A stretch of 32,000 bases of DNA from Clostridia bacterium (lineage in GTDB: Bacteria > Bacillota > Clostridia > Christensenellales > Aristaeellaceae), in the NCBI GenBank assembly GCA_017396845.1, contig JAFQKQ010000005.1, positions 14,154 to 46,153 of the forward strand, written 5' to 3'. The stretch's first letter is position 1. Every line of letters starts with the position of its first letter. Below the pieces are notes generated by a model that saw only the letters and a list, made by a program, of their open reading frames with translations, was not told the DNA's origin and did no database searches. This document shows, in pieces, positions 1 to 7,460 of the stretch. Made by a program: the position numbers and the translations under genes.

Positions 1-300
1 GAAAACTTGGCTGTCGGCGCAGGCGATCTGTATGTGACCATATACGGCGGCCGCACCCGCTTAATCGGCATATTGCTCGGACGAGGTCTGGATATTGACG
101 ACGCGAAGCGCGAATTGAACGGCGTAACGCTGGAGTCTTTGACGGTGGCGGTGCGAGTGGCAAGAGCCATCCGCATACGGGCGGAAAGAGGAGAGATAGA
201 CCTGAACGACTTCCCGCTGCTTATGCATATAGACGATATTCTGGTAAAACACGCGCCGGTGGATATTCCTTGGGAGAAATTCACGTTTGTAAATGCATAA
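1..300 (+). CDS. 3' fragment (C-terminal ~99 aa) of an NAD(P)H-dependent glycerol-3-phosphate dehydrogenase-like protein; the gene starts upstream of the window
   Basis: Frame 1 is open from base 1 to TAA at 298-300. The motif GAGDLYVT..GGRTR..G..LGRG followed by a helical C-terminal region resembles the GpsA C-terminal domain (G.GDL..T....SRN...G..LGKG). Recognised from memory only. Confidence 0.45.
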   Translation, partial: ENLAVGAGDLYVTIYGGRTRLIGILLGRGLDIDDAKRELNGVTLESLTVAVRVARAIRIRAERGEIDLNDFPLLMHIDDILVKHAPVDIPWEKFTFVNA

Positions 301-311
301 AACATAGAAGA

Positions 312-349
312 AGAGAGCTTCCGGGCGCCCGGCGGCTCTCTGTTTTTTT
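312..349 (+). terminator. Rho-independent terminator of the upstream gene
   Basis: GC-rich hairpin AGAGAGC-ttccgggcgcccggcg-GCTCTCT followed by TGTTTTTTT. Confidence 0.7.
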
Positions 350-399
350 GAAAATCGCAAGCAAAAAACGATTTTTAACGCAAACTGCGAGTTCATTGA

Positions 400-428
400 T
401 TGACATACATTTTTTCGGGGAATACAAT
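400..428 (+). promoter_or_regulatory. sigma-A type promoter for prfC
   Basis: TTGACA (400-405), 17-nt spacer, TACAAT (423-428). It leaves a leader of about 135 nt before the prfC ATG. Confidence 0.55.
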
Positions 429-572
429 AGAAACTGAGTTTTTATGTCCTTAGAAGGCGCAGAAAATACGCTGATATGAGCTGGGAGGAAAATGGAATGC
501 ATCCGATCTGACGTGCATGCGTGCCTTTTATCGGAAACCCTATTTTAAAAATTCAGAGGAGGCAATTTTGTC

Positions 573-2189
573 ATGCACCCCGAGTTATATAACGAAACCA
601 TGCGCAGGCGCACCTTTGCGATTATTTCCCATCCCGACGCAGGTAAAACGACGCTCACAGAGAAGCTGCTGCTTTACGGCGGCGCGATTCGCCAGGCCGG
701 CTCCGTAAAGGCGAGAAAAGCCGCCAGGCATGCGACCAGCGACTGGATGGAGATCGAAAAGCAGCGCGGCATTTCCGTTACCTCATCCGCCATGCAGTTT
801 GATTTTGACGGCTATCGAATCAACATTCTGGATACGCCCGGTCACCAGGATTTCTCCGAGGATACCTACCGCACGCTGGTGGCTGCGGACAGCGCAGTCA
901 TGCTGATCGACTGCGCGAAGGGCGTTGAGGAGCAGACCATTAAGCTTTTCAAGGTTTGCCGCATGCGCTCGATCCCGATTTTCACCTTTGTAAACAAGCT
1001 TGACCGCGCAGGTAAGGATCCGTTTGAACTGATGGAGGAGCTTGAGCAGGTGCTGGGCATCCGCTCCTGCCCGGTCAACTGGCCCATCGGTCAACACGGC
1101 GACGACTTCAAGGGCGTTTACCACAGAGATACGCAGGTGGTTGAAATGTACACCGGCGGCAATCACGGACAGACGCAGGTAAACGTAGAGACGGTAAAGA
1201 TCGACGATCCTTCGCTTCCTGACAAGATCGGAAAAACCTACTACGACAAGCTGATGGAGGATATCGAGCTTCTGGACGTGGCGGGCGATGCGTTTGATCT
1301 TGATATGATCCTCTCCGGACAGCTTACGCCCATGTTCTTCGGTTCCGCCGCCAACAACTTCGGCGTTGAGCCGTTCCTGAAGCGCTTTTTGAGCTATACC
1401 AAAGCGCCCACCGCGCGCGTTTCCGATCAGGGCGAAATCGCGCCGGACAGCGACAAGTTTACCGGCTTCATATTCAAGATTCAGGCGAATATGAACCCGG
1501 CGCACAGGGACAGGCTCGCGTTTATGCGCGTTTGCTCCGGCGTGTTTGAAAAGGGTATGTCGGTCTGGCATTCCTCCAGCGGCGAAAAAATCAAGCTCGC
1601 ACAGCCGCAGCAGTTTATGGCGCAGGAGCATGAGAGCGTGGAAACCGCCTATCCCGGCGATATCATCGGCCTGTTTGATCCCGGTATTTTCCGCTTGGGA
1701 GACACGATCTGCACGGGCGCGCCCGTTCGCTATTCGGGAATTCCGCTGTTCGCACCGGAATTTTTCTCCCGCGTAAGCCCGCTGGATTCCATGAAGCGCA
1801 AGCAGTTCTTGAAGGGCATCACGCAGCTTTCGCAGGAGGGCGCGATTCAGACCTTCAAGCGCCCGAACATCGGACGAGAGGAAATGATCGCGGGCGTTGT
1901 AGGCGTTCTGCAGATGGACGTTTTGGAATATCGCCTGAATACGGAATACGGCGTTGAGATCGTGAGAGAAACGCTTCCCTACAGGTTTGTCCGCTGGATT
2001 GCGCATACGCCCAAGCCCATTGAGCGGCTGCGCCTTACCTCTACCACCGTTCCCGCCATTGACCGTGCGGGACGCGACGTACTCTTCTTTGAAAACGAAT
2101 GGTCGATCAGACTGGCGATGGAAAACAACGAGGGACTGGTTTTAAACGAAACCGCCGACCGCGCCGAAGCCGATCAGATGGATATGTAA
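573..2189 (+). CDS. prfC: Peptide chain release factor 3 (RF3, translational GTPase)
   Basis: 538 aa. The N-terminus RRRTFAIISHPDAGKTTLTEKLLLYGGAI, DTPGHQDF and FVNKLDR are the RF3 G-domain signatures, and the full length is typical. SD GAGGAGG lies 10 nt upstream of the ATG. Confidence 0.95.
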   Translation: MHPELYNETMRRRTFAIISHPDAGKTTLTEKLLLYGGAIRQAGSVKARKAARHATSDWMEIEKQRGISVTSSAMQFDFDGYRINILDTPGHQDFSEDTYRTLVAADSAVMLIDCAKGVEEQTIKLFKVCRMRSIPIFTFVNKLDRAGKDPFELMEELEQVLGIRSCPVNWPIGQHGDDFKGVYHRDTQVVEMYTGGNHGQTQVNVETVKIDDPSLPDKIGKTYYDKLMEDIELLDVAGDAFDLDMILSGQLTPMFFGSAANNFGVEPFLKRFLSYTKAPTARVSDQGEIAPDSDKFTGFIFKIQANMNPAHRDRLAFMRVCSGVFEKGMSVWHSSSGEKIKLAQPQQFMAQEHESVETAYPGDIIGLFDPGIFRLGDTICTGAPVRYSGIPLFAPEFFSRVSPLDSMKRKQFLKGITQLSQEGAIQTFKRPNIGREEMIAGVVGVLQMDVLEYRLNTEYGVEIVRETLPYRFVRWIAHTPKPIERLRLTSTTVPAIDRAGRDVLFFENEWSIRLAMENNEGLVLNETADRAEADQMDM

Positions 2190-2219
2190 CAGAATTTGCG
2201 TAAGAGAGAGGGCTTTTGC

Positions 2220-4049
2220 TTGAATATCACCCGTAACGATATCAGAAACATTGCGATTATCGCGCACGTCGATCACGGCAAGACTACGCTGGTAGATGAA
2301 ATGCTGAAGCAGGGCGGTGTATTCCGCGCCAATCAGCAGGTAAACGACCGAGTGATGGACTCAAACGCGCTGGAGCGCGAGAGAGGAATCACCATTCTTG
2401 CCAAGAACACGGCGGTTCACTATAACGGAATCAAAATCAACATCGTCGACACGCCCGGCCACGCTGATTTCGGCGGCGAGGTAGAGCGGGTTCTTAAGAT
2501 GGTGGGCGGCGTTTTGCTTCTGGTCGATTCCTTTGAAGGGCCGATGCCGCAGACCCGATTTGTTCTGAAAAAGGCGCTGGAGCTTTCGCTTCCGGTCATC
2601 ATCGTCATCAACAAAATGGATAGGCCCGATCAGCGGTGCGCAGAGGTTGTGGACGAGACGCTGGAGCTTCTTTTGGAGCTTGATGCGACGGACGAACAGC
2701 TGGATTCGCCGGTGGTATTCTGCTCCGGCAGAACCGGTATTTCCACCCTCGACCTGAATAGCCCCGCAACCGATCTTCGACCCCTGTTTGATACGATCAT
2801 CAAGCATATCCCCGCGCCGCAGGGCGACCCGGATGATACGCTGCAGCTTCTGATTTCCACCATCGATTACAACGATTACGTCGGCAGAATCGGCGTAGGC
2901 CGCATTGAGCGCGGACGGATCAAGGCCGGACAGATGGCGGTTCGCTGCATTTACGGGCAGAGCTATGTGTCGCCCGCAGCGCGTCTGGGCGGACTCTTCT
3001 CCTATGACGGCTTAAAGCGCGTGCCCTGCGAGGAAGCGGAGGTAGGCGATATCGTTGCGATCACCGGCTTTGACGATTTGTCCATCGGAGACACCATCTG
3101 CGAAGTCGCCATGGCGGATCCGCTGCCGTTTGTGAAGATCTCTGAGCCCACCGTTTCCATGGAGTTCTGTGTAAACGATTCTCCCTTTGCCGGCACGGAA
3201 GGAACCTATGTCACCTCCCGCCACCTGAGAAGCCGCCTGTTTAAGGAAATGCAGACGGACGTATCTCTTCGCGTGGAGGATACCGAAACCACGGACGCGT
3301 TCCGCGTATACGGAAGAGGCGAACTGCACCTTTCGATACTGATTGAAAACATGCGCAGGCAGGGCTATGAATTCCAGGTCACCAAGCCCACCGTGCTTTA
3401 CAAGACGATCGACGGCGTGAAGTGCGAGCCGATGGAATTCATGGTATGCGATGTGCCCAGCGAATACTCCGGCGCGGTCATCGACAAAATCGGAAGACGC
3501 CGCGGCGTGCTTCTGAGCATGGAGGGTATCGACCGCGTAAGGCTGGAATTCAATGTTCCCTCCAGAGGCCTTTTCGGCTATCGAAGCGAGTTTTTGACCG
3601 ATACGAGAGGCGAAGGCGTGATGAGCGCCGTATTTAACGGCTATGAGCCCGTAAAGGGCGATATTCCCACCCGTCCCAGCGGTTCATTGGTCGCGTGGGA
3701 GACGGGCGAAACGACGAGCTACGCGATGTTCTACATTCAGGACAGAGGCGAATTGTTCATCGAGCCGGGTACGAAGGTGTACAACGGCATGATTGTCGGG
3801 CGCAATTCCCGCCCGGGCGATATCGATGTAAACGTGTGCAAGAAAAAGCACCTGACCTCCATTCGAAACAGCGCCGCCGCCGAAGAAGCGCTGAAGGTTA
3901 CGGGCATAAGAATTCTGACGCTGGAAGAAGCGCTGGATTATATCGACGATGACGAGCTGGTGGAGATCACGCCCAAGTCCATCCGCATGAGAAAGCGGGT
4001 TCTGGGAACCGAGGCGCGCAAGAAGCTGGAGGCGCGCAAAAAGGGATAA
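2220..4049 (+). CDS. typA: Ribosome-associated translational GTPase TypA/BipA
   Basis: [38 protein letters not shown] and INKMDR motifs, about 600 aa. The ORF track starts at TTG 2196. I prefer TTG 2220 ([14 protein letters not shown]...) because the AGAGAGAGGG SD sits just upstream. The stop is unambiguous. Confidence 0.95.
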   Translation: MNITRNDIRNIAIIAHVDHGKTTLVDEMLKQGGVFRANQQVNDRVMDSNALERERGITILAKNTAVHYNGIKINIVDTPGHADFGGEVERVLKMVGGVLLLVDSFEGPMPQTRFVLKKALELSLPVIIVINKMDRPDQRCAEVVDETLELLLELDATDEQLDSPVVFCSGRTGISTLDLNSPATDLRPLFDTIIKHIPAPQGDPDDTLQLLISTIDYNDYVGRIGVGRIERGRIKAGQMAVRCIYGQSYVSPAARLGGLFSYDGLKRVPCEEAEVGDIVAITGFDDLSIGDTICEVAMADPLPFVKISEPTVSMEFCVNDSPFAGTEGTYVTSRHLRSRLFKEMQTDVSLRVEDTETTDAFRVYGRGELHLSILIENMRRQGYEFQVTKPTVLYKTIDGVKCEPMEFMVCDVPSEYSGAVIDKIGRRRGVLLSMEGIDRVRLEFNVPSRGLFGYRSEFLTDTRGEGVMSAVFNGYEPVKGDIPTRPSGSLVAWETGETTSYAMFYIQDRGELFIEPGTKVYNGMIVGRNSRPGDIDVNVCKKKHLTSIRNSAAAEEALKVTGIRILTLEEALDYIDDDELVEITPKSIRMRKRVLGTEARKKLEARKKG

Positions 4050-4069
4050 TAACGTTGGAGGGATGAGAA

Positions 4070-5170
4070 ATGCTGATCCGGTCGATCCGGCTTGCCGGAT
4101 TTAGGAATTATACGGAAGCCGAAATTCATCCCTCCGATGGCGTGACCGTATTTACCGGCAACAATGCGCAGGGAAAAACCAATATTCTGGAAGCGGTATA
4201 CCTGTGCTGCACGGGGCGATCCCACCGGACGACGCACGACAAGGAACTGATCAAAAACGATCATGACTTTGCGCGCGTGACTGTGGAAGCGGATCGTGCG
4301 GACGGCATGCATGATGTGGAAATCCTTCTTTCCAGAATCTCAAGAAGGCGCATTAAGGTAGCGGGAAATACGGTTTCAAAATCCGGCGAAATGCTCGGTC
4401 ATATCACAGGCGTTTTGTTTTCGCCGGAAGATTTGAGAATGGTAAAGGACGGTCCTGCCGAGAGGCGCAGATTTGTGGATATGGAGCTTTCGCAGCTTCG
4501 CCCCGCATATTATTACGCGCTTCAAAGATACAATCGCGCGCTGAAGCAAAGGGGCGCGCTCTTACGGGAGCTTATCAACGCACCCGCTGCTTCGGATACG
4601 CTGGATATGTGGGATGCGGAGCTTGCGCAAAGCGGACAGGCGATCATGACCATGCGCCGCGATTTTATTGCAAAATTGAGCGAGCAGGCGGGAAAAACCC
4701 ATGAGTTCGTAGCAAACGGCGCGGAAAAAATGGAAGTTGAGTATGTGCCGAGCGTCCGAGCGGAGGAAAGCGGAGAAGAGCTGAGAACACGGCTTGAAAA
4801 GGAGCTTCACAGGGCGCGTCAGACGGATATCAGGCGGCAGATTACCAGCGTCGGTCCGCACAGGGACGATGTGAAGATTCTTTTGAACGGTCTGGATGCG
4901 CGGTCATTCGGCTCTCAGGGTCAGGTGAGAACGTGCGCGCTTTCGATGAAGCTTTCCGAGCTTGAAATCATGAAGAAGGAAAGCGGGGAAGCGCCGGTAC
5001 TCATGCTGGACGACGTGATGAGCGAGCTTGATCCCGGCAGGCGAAGGCTGCTCATACGAATGCTTTCGGGCGTTCAGACTCTGGTGACATGCACGGATAT
5101 AGAGGATTTGGCGGGCGCGGACGCAGGAAAAATCATTCGCGTTCATCAGGCGACGCTTCAGGAGGCGTAA
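4070..5170 (+). CDS. recF: DNA replication/repair protein RecF (ABC-type ATPase)
   Basis: MLIRSIRLAGFRNY start, Walker A GNNAQGKTNILEA, RecF signature SQGQVRTCALSMKL, Walker B VLMLDDVMSELD. 366 aa. SD GGAGGG upstream. Confidence 0.93.
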   Translation: MLIRSIRLAGFRNYTEAEIHPSDGVTVFTGNNAQGKTNILEAVYLCCTGRSHRTTHDKELIKNDHDFARVTVEADRADGMHDVEILLSRISRRRIKVAGNTVSKSGEMLGHITGVLFSPEDLRMVKDGPAERRRFVDMELSQLRPAYYYALQRYNRALKQRGALLRELINAPAASDTLDMWDAELAQSGQAIMTMRRDFIAKLSEQAGKTHEFVANGAEKMEVEYVPSVRAEESGEELRTRLEKELHRARQTDIRRQITSVGPHRDDVKILLNGLDARSFGSQGQVRTCALSMKLSELEIMKKESGEAPVLMLDDVMSELDPGRRRLLIRMLSGVQTLVTCTDIEDLAGADAGKIIRVHQATLQEA

Positions 5171-5176
5171 AAGAAT

Positions 5177-5707
5177 ATGAAGAGATTTCTTGGATGTTTA
5201 CTGCTTCTTTCGGTGCTTCTTATGTCTATGGCGTTTTCCGAAGGACAGGAAGGCGCGTTGCCGCCCTATGACAGGATCGATATGGGCATGACGAAGGAAG
5301 CGATTGAGGCGCTTGCGCCCCTTACACAGGAGGGCGAATACCTTCTTTTTTCGGGCGAAGTGCTGCTTGCGTTTTATGAAAGCGGAAGGCTGAAGGCAAA
5401 GGCGATGGCATTTGAAGATGTACGCGATATCGCTCCTGCCGCGTCTCTTCCGATGGAAAAGATCAAGAAGCTTAAGCAGGGAACGGAAATCGATAAGGTT
5501 CAGGCGATGATCGGCGCGGAAGGCCTTGAAATCATGCGCATGAATCTGTCGGATGAAGACTCATCGGGCGTAAGGCGCGTGCTCGCATGGAAGGATGATG
5601 ACGGCGAAGCCGTTGAGATGCTCTTTGAACTGGATGATAACGAATGGGTGCTGTTTGCGGTTGTGGAGATTCCCGTTAAGCCGGAGCAGCAGATGGGGAA
5701 TACTTAA
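5177..5707 (+). CDS. Secreted hypothetical protein (Sec signal peptide, two BamE/SmpA-like G(M)T...V..(L/M)(I)G modules)
   Basis: 176 aa. The N-terminus MKRFLGCLLLLSVLLMSMA|FSE looks like a signal peptide. It starts 6 nt after the recF stop. No family recognised with certainty. Confidence 0.6.
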   Translation: MKRFLGCLLLLSVLLMSMAFSEGQEGALPPYDRIDMGMTKEAIEALAPLTQEGEYLLFSGEVLLAFYESGRLKAKAMAFEDVRDIAPAASLPMEKIKKLKQGTEIDKVQAMIGAEGLEIMRMNLSDEDSSGVRRVLAWKDDDGEAVEMLFELDDNEWVLFAVVEIPVKPEQQMGNT

Positions 5708-5753
5708 AAATACAAAAGTCTTGCAAAAGTATTAAAAAAATACGCAAATATAC

Positions 5754-5782
5754 TTGAACCATACGCCTGTTTGTGTTATGAT
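5754..5782 (+). promoter_or_regulatory. Candidate sigma-A promoter (extended -10) for the SH3b/NlpC-P60-like gene
   Basis: TTGAAC (5754-5759), 17-nt spacer, TGtTATGAT (-10 at 5777-5782). A second candidate (TTGACA 5822-5827 / TATTGA 5845-5850) lies closer to the gene. Confidence 0.4.
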
Positions 5783-5881
5783 GAATATACGGGATACTAT
5801 TGCCTGAATGATGACACGGATTTGACACAGTAAATAGTGAGTGATATTGATATGAGCAATCTGAAGGAGGCGGAAGGAGAA

Positions 5882-7348
5882 ATGAAGCGAAAGTTAAGCG
5901 TAATTCGGAAACTGACGGCATGTATAGTACTTTTGATAATGCTCATCCCTGCTTCTGCAATGGCGGCCAATATCAGCGCGACAGTTTCCGCTTCGCCGAT
6001 GAGTTTGTATTCCAAAAATGCCGTCGGCGTAAACTTTTATATCGGCTCTCTTAAAAAGGGAACCGAGATTACCCTTACCAAGGTTTCCGGCAAATGGGCC
6101 CGCATTTCCTATGAGGACGGAAGAATGGGATATGCGCAGCTTTCGGATATCAAGGTAAAAAACGTAAGTCTCAAAGAGACCAATTACAAGGCGAAGGTTA
6201 CTGCCTCTTCGCTGAGCGTATACTCCGTTACCCATGCCTACGATTCCTTTAAGCTCGGTTCGCTTCCCAAGAACACCGAGGTAAAGGTAACTGCTGCCGG
6301 AAACGACTGGGCGAAGATCACCTATGACGGAAAAACTGGCTATGTGAAGCTCGACTATCTCAAGAAGACGGAGGCCGCGCAGGAGCAGGAGCAGGAAAAG
6401 GTAGACTGGACGCAGTATGCCGCGCAGGTTACATCCGATAAAATGAAGGTGTACTCCACCAACAATGCGTCGGATACCTATTATATCGGCTATCTTTCCA
6501 AGGGTACGAAGTTTACCGTGCTTGCTACCTCCGGCGATTGGGCGAGAATTTCCTATGACGGAAAAATCGGTTTTGCAAAGCTTTCGAATTTCAAGAAGAC
6601 GTCGGGAACGGGCACGGCTGCTACGCCGAAGCCGGAAGCTACCCCCACTACGAAGACGCTCATGTATACGAACCGTGAAGCGAAGATCTATTCCTCTGCG
6701 TCGGACAACAACGCGCTTTGCACGGTTACCTCGGATTTCCCCGTATACGTGGTAGGCACGAGCGGCAATTACTACAGGATCAAGCGCACGGATTCGGATG
6801 TGTACGGATATATCAAAAAGGCGCATGTAAGCGACGAAAAAACCAATTCTCTGAAGTTGGATGAGAAGTATAAAAAGTCGTATTCCTCCGGAAATTCCAC
6901 GACCACCATGCCCGGAAGCGTGAAATCCGATCAGAATTACTATGCAAGCTACATGGGGAATACCCAAAAGATCAATTACATGATCTACTATGCGCAGTCG
7001 AAGCTGGGATGCGATTACAATACCTCGCCCAACAATAAAACGTCGTTCAAGAATCCGTCCTTTGTGCGCGCTTGCTTCTCCTTTATTGATTACAGCGTTT
7101 CAAGCAGCGCATATGACATCGGACACAAGGGAGATGCCGCTTACATCAAGCGCGGCGATTTGAAACGCGGAGATATCATATGCTTCGATCTGGACGGCGG
7201 AGAGGAAAAGTCTGTCGACAATGTGGGCATCTACCTTGGCAATAACTACTTCATCCACGCCTCTGCGACGGCGGACGCCGTAATCGTTACCAAAATGAAC
7301 AATTATTACAACGACGCTTTCTGCTGGGGACGCAGAATCATCGGCTGA
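5882..7348 (+). CDS. Secreted cell-wall-binding protein: signal peptide + 4 bacterial SH3 (SH3b) repeats + C-terminal NlpC/P60-like domain lacking the catalytic Cys/His
   Basis: The ORF track starts at GTG 5837. ATG 5882 (MKRKLSVIRKLTACIVLLIMLIPASAMA|AN) has the SD GGAGGCGGAAGGAGA and yields a proper signal peptide. There are four ~60-aa repeats with SG(K/D)WA(R/K)I(S/T)Y(E)DG(K)xGY(A/V)KL. The C-terminus aligns to the NlpC/P60 core (..SFKNPSFV.., ..GDIICFD.., ..DNVGIYLGNNYFIHA..). Confidence 0.85.
   Translation: MKRKLSVIRKLTACIVLLIMLIPASAMAANISATVSASPMSLYSKNAVGVNFYIGSLKKGTEITLTKVSGKWARISYEDGRMGYAQLSDIKVKNVSLKETNYKAKVTASSLSVYSVTHAYDSFKLGSLPKNTEVKVTAAGNDWAKITYDGKTGYVKLDYLKKTEAAQEQEQEKVDWTQYAAQVTSDKMKVYSTNNASDTYYIGYLSKGTKFTVLATSGDWARISYDGKIGFAKLSNFKKTSGTGTAATPKPEATPTTKTLMYTNREAKIYSSASDNNALCTVTSDFPVYVVGTSGNYYRIKRTDSDVYGYIKKAHVSDEKTNSLKLDEKYKKSYSSGNSTTTMPGSVKSDQNYYASYMGNTQKINYMIYYAQSKLGCDYNTSPNNKTSFKNPSFVRACFSFIDYSVSSSAYDIGHKGDAAYIKRGDLKRGDIICFDLDGGEEKSVDNVGIYLGNNYFIHASATADAVIVTKMNNYYNDAFCWGRRIIG
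5978..6835 (+). repeat. Tandem array of four SH3b-domain coding repeats (about 60 codons each, separated by 10-20-codon linkers) inside the wall-protein gene
   Basis: Protein-level repeats at aa 48-107, 118-177, 195-254 and 275-333 of the 5837-frame ORF. Repeats 2 and 3 are also similar at DNA level (ga[ct]tgggcga..at..cctatgacggaaaaa). Confidence 0.7.
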
Positions 7349-7365
7349 TCGGCATAGAAATACAG

Positions 7366-7414
7366 AAAACAGGGCTGCTGCAGAAGAGAAAATTCTGCAG
7401 CAGCCCTGTTTTTT
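7366..7414. terminator. Bidirectional rho-independent terminator between convergent genes (wall protein / thrS)
   Basis: A 20-bp stem AAAACAGGGCTGCTGCAGAA / TTCTGCAGCAGCCCTGTTTT with T-runs on both strands. Confidence 0.75.
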
Positions 7415-7422
7415 AAATACAG

Positions 7423-7460
7423 AGAACCACCGGCTCAGCCGGTGGTTCTGACTTTTTTTT
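7423..7460. terminator. Second hairpin of the convergent terminator pair
   Basis: AGAACCACCGG-ctcag-CCGGTGGTTCT followed by a T8 run on the plus strand. It lies immediately 3' of the thrS stop on the minus strand. Confidence 0.6.

Noticed and set aside
783-2006. 407-aa ORF on the minus strand
   Set aside because: It lies entirely antisense to prfC, whose RF3 motifs are unmistakable. The sequence is Arg/Ala/Leu/His-rich and low in complexity, as expected for a shadow ORF in GC-rich coding DNA. No SD.
5177-5240. Lipoprotein call based on FLGC near the N-terminus
   Set aside because: The Cys is at residue 7, before the hydrophobic core, so a lipobox cleavage there would leave no signal peptide. 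An ordinary Sec signal cleaved after SMA is more plausible.
5894-6967. 357-aa minus-strand ORF (and the 96-aa plus-strand ORF at 6465-6755)
   Set aside because: Both overlap the SH3b/NlpC-P60-like gene, which has a signal peptide and clear domain repeats. Their Arg/Gly-rich composition is typical of off-frame translation.
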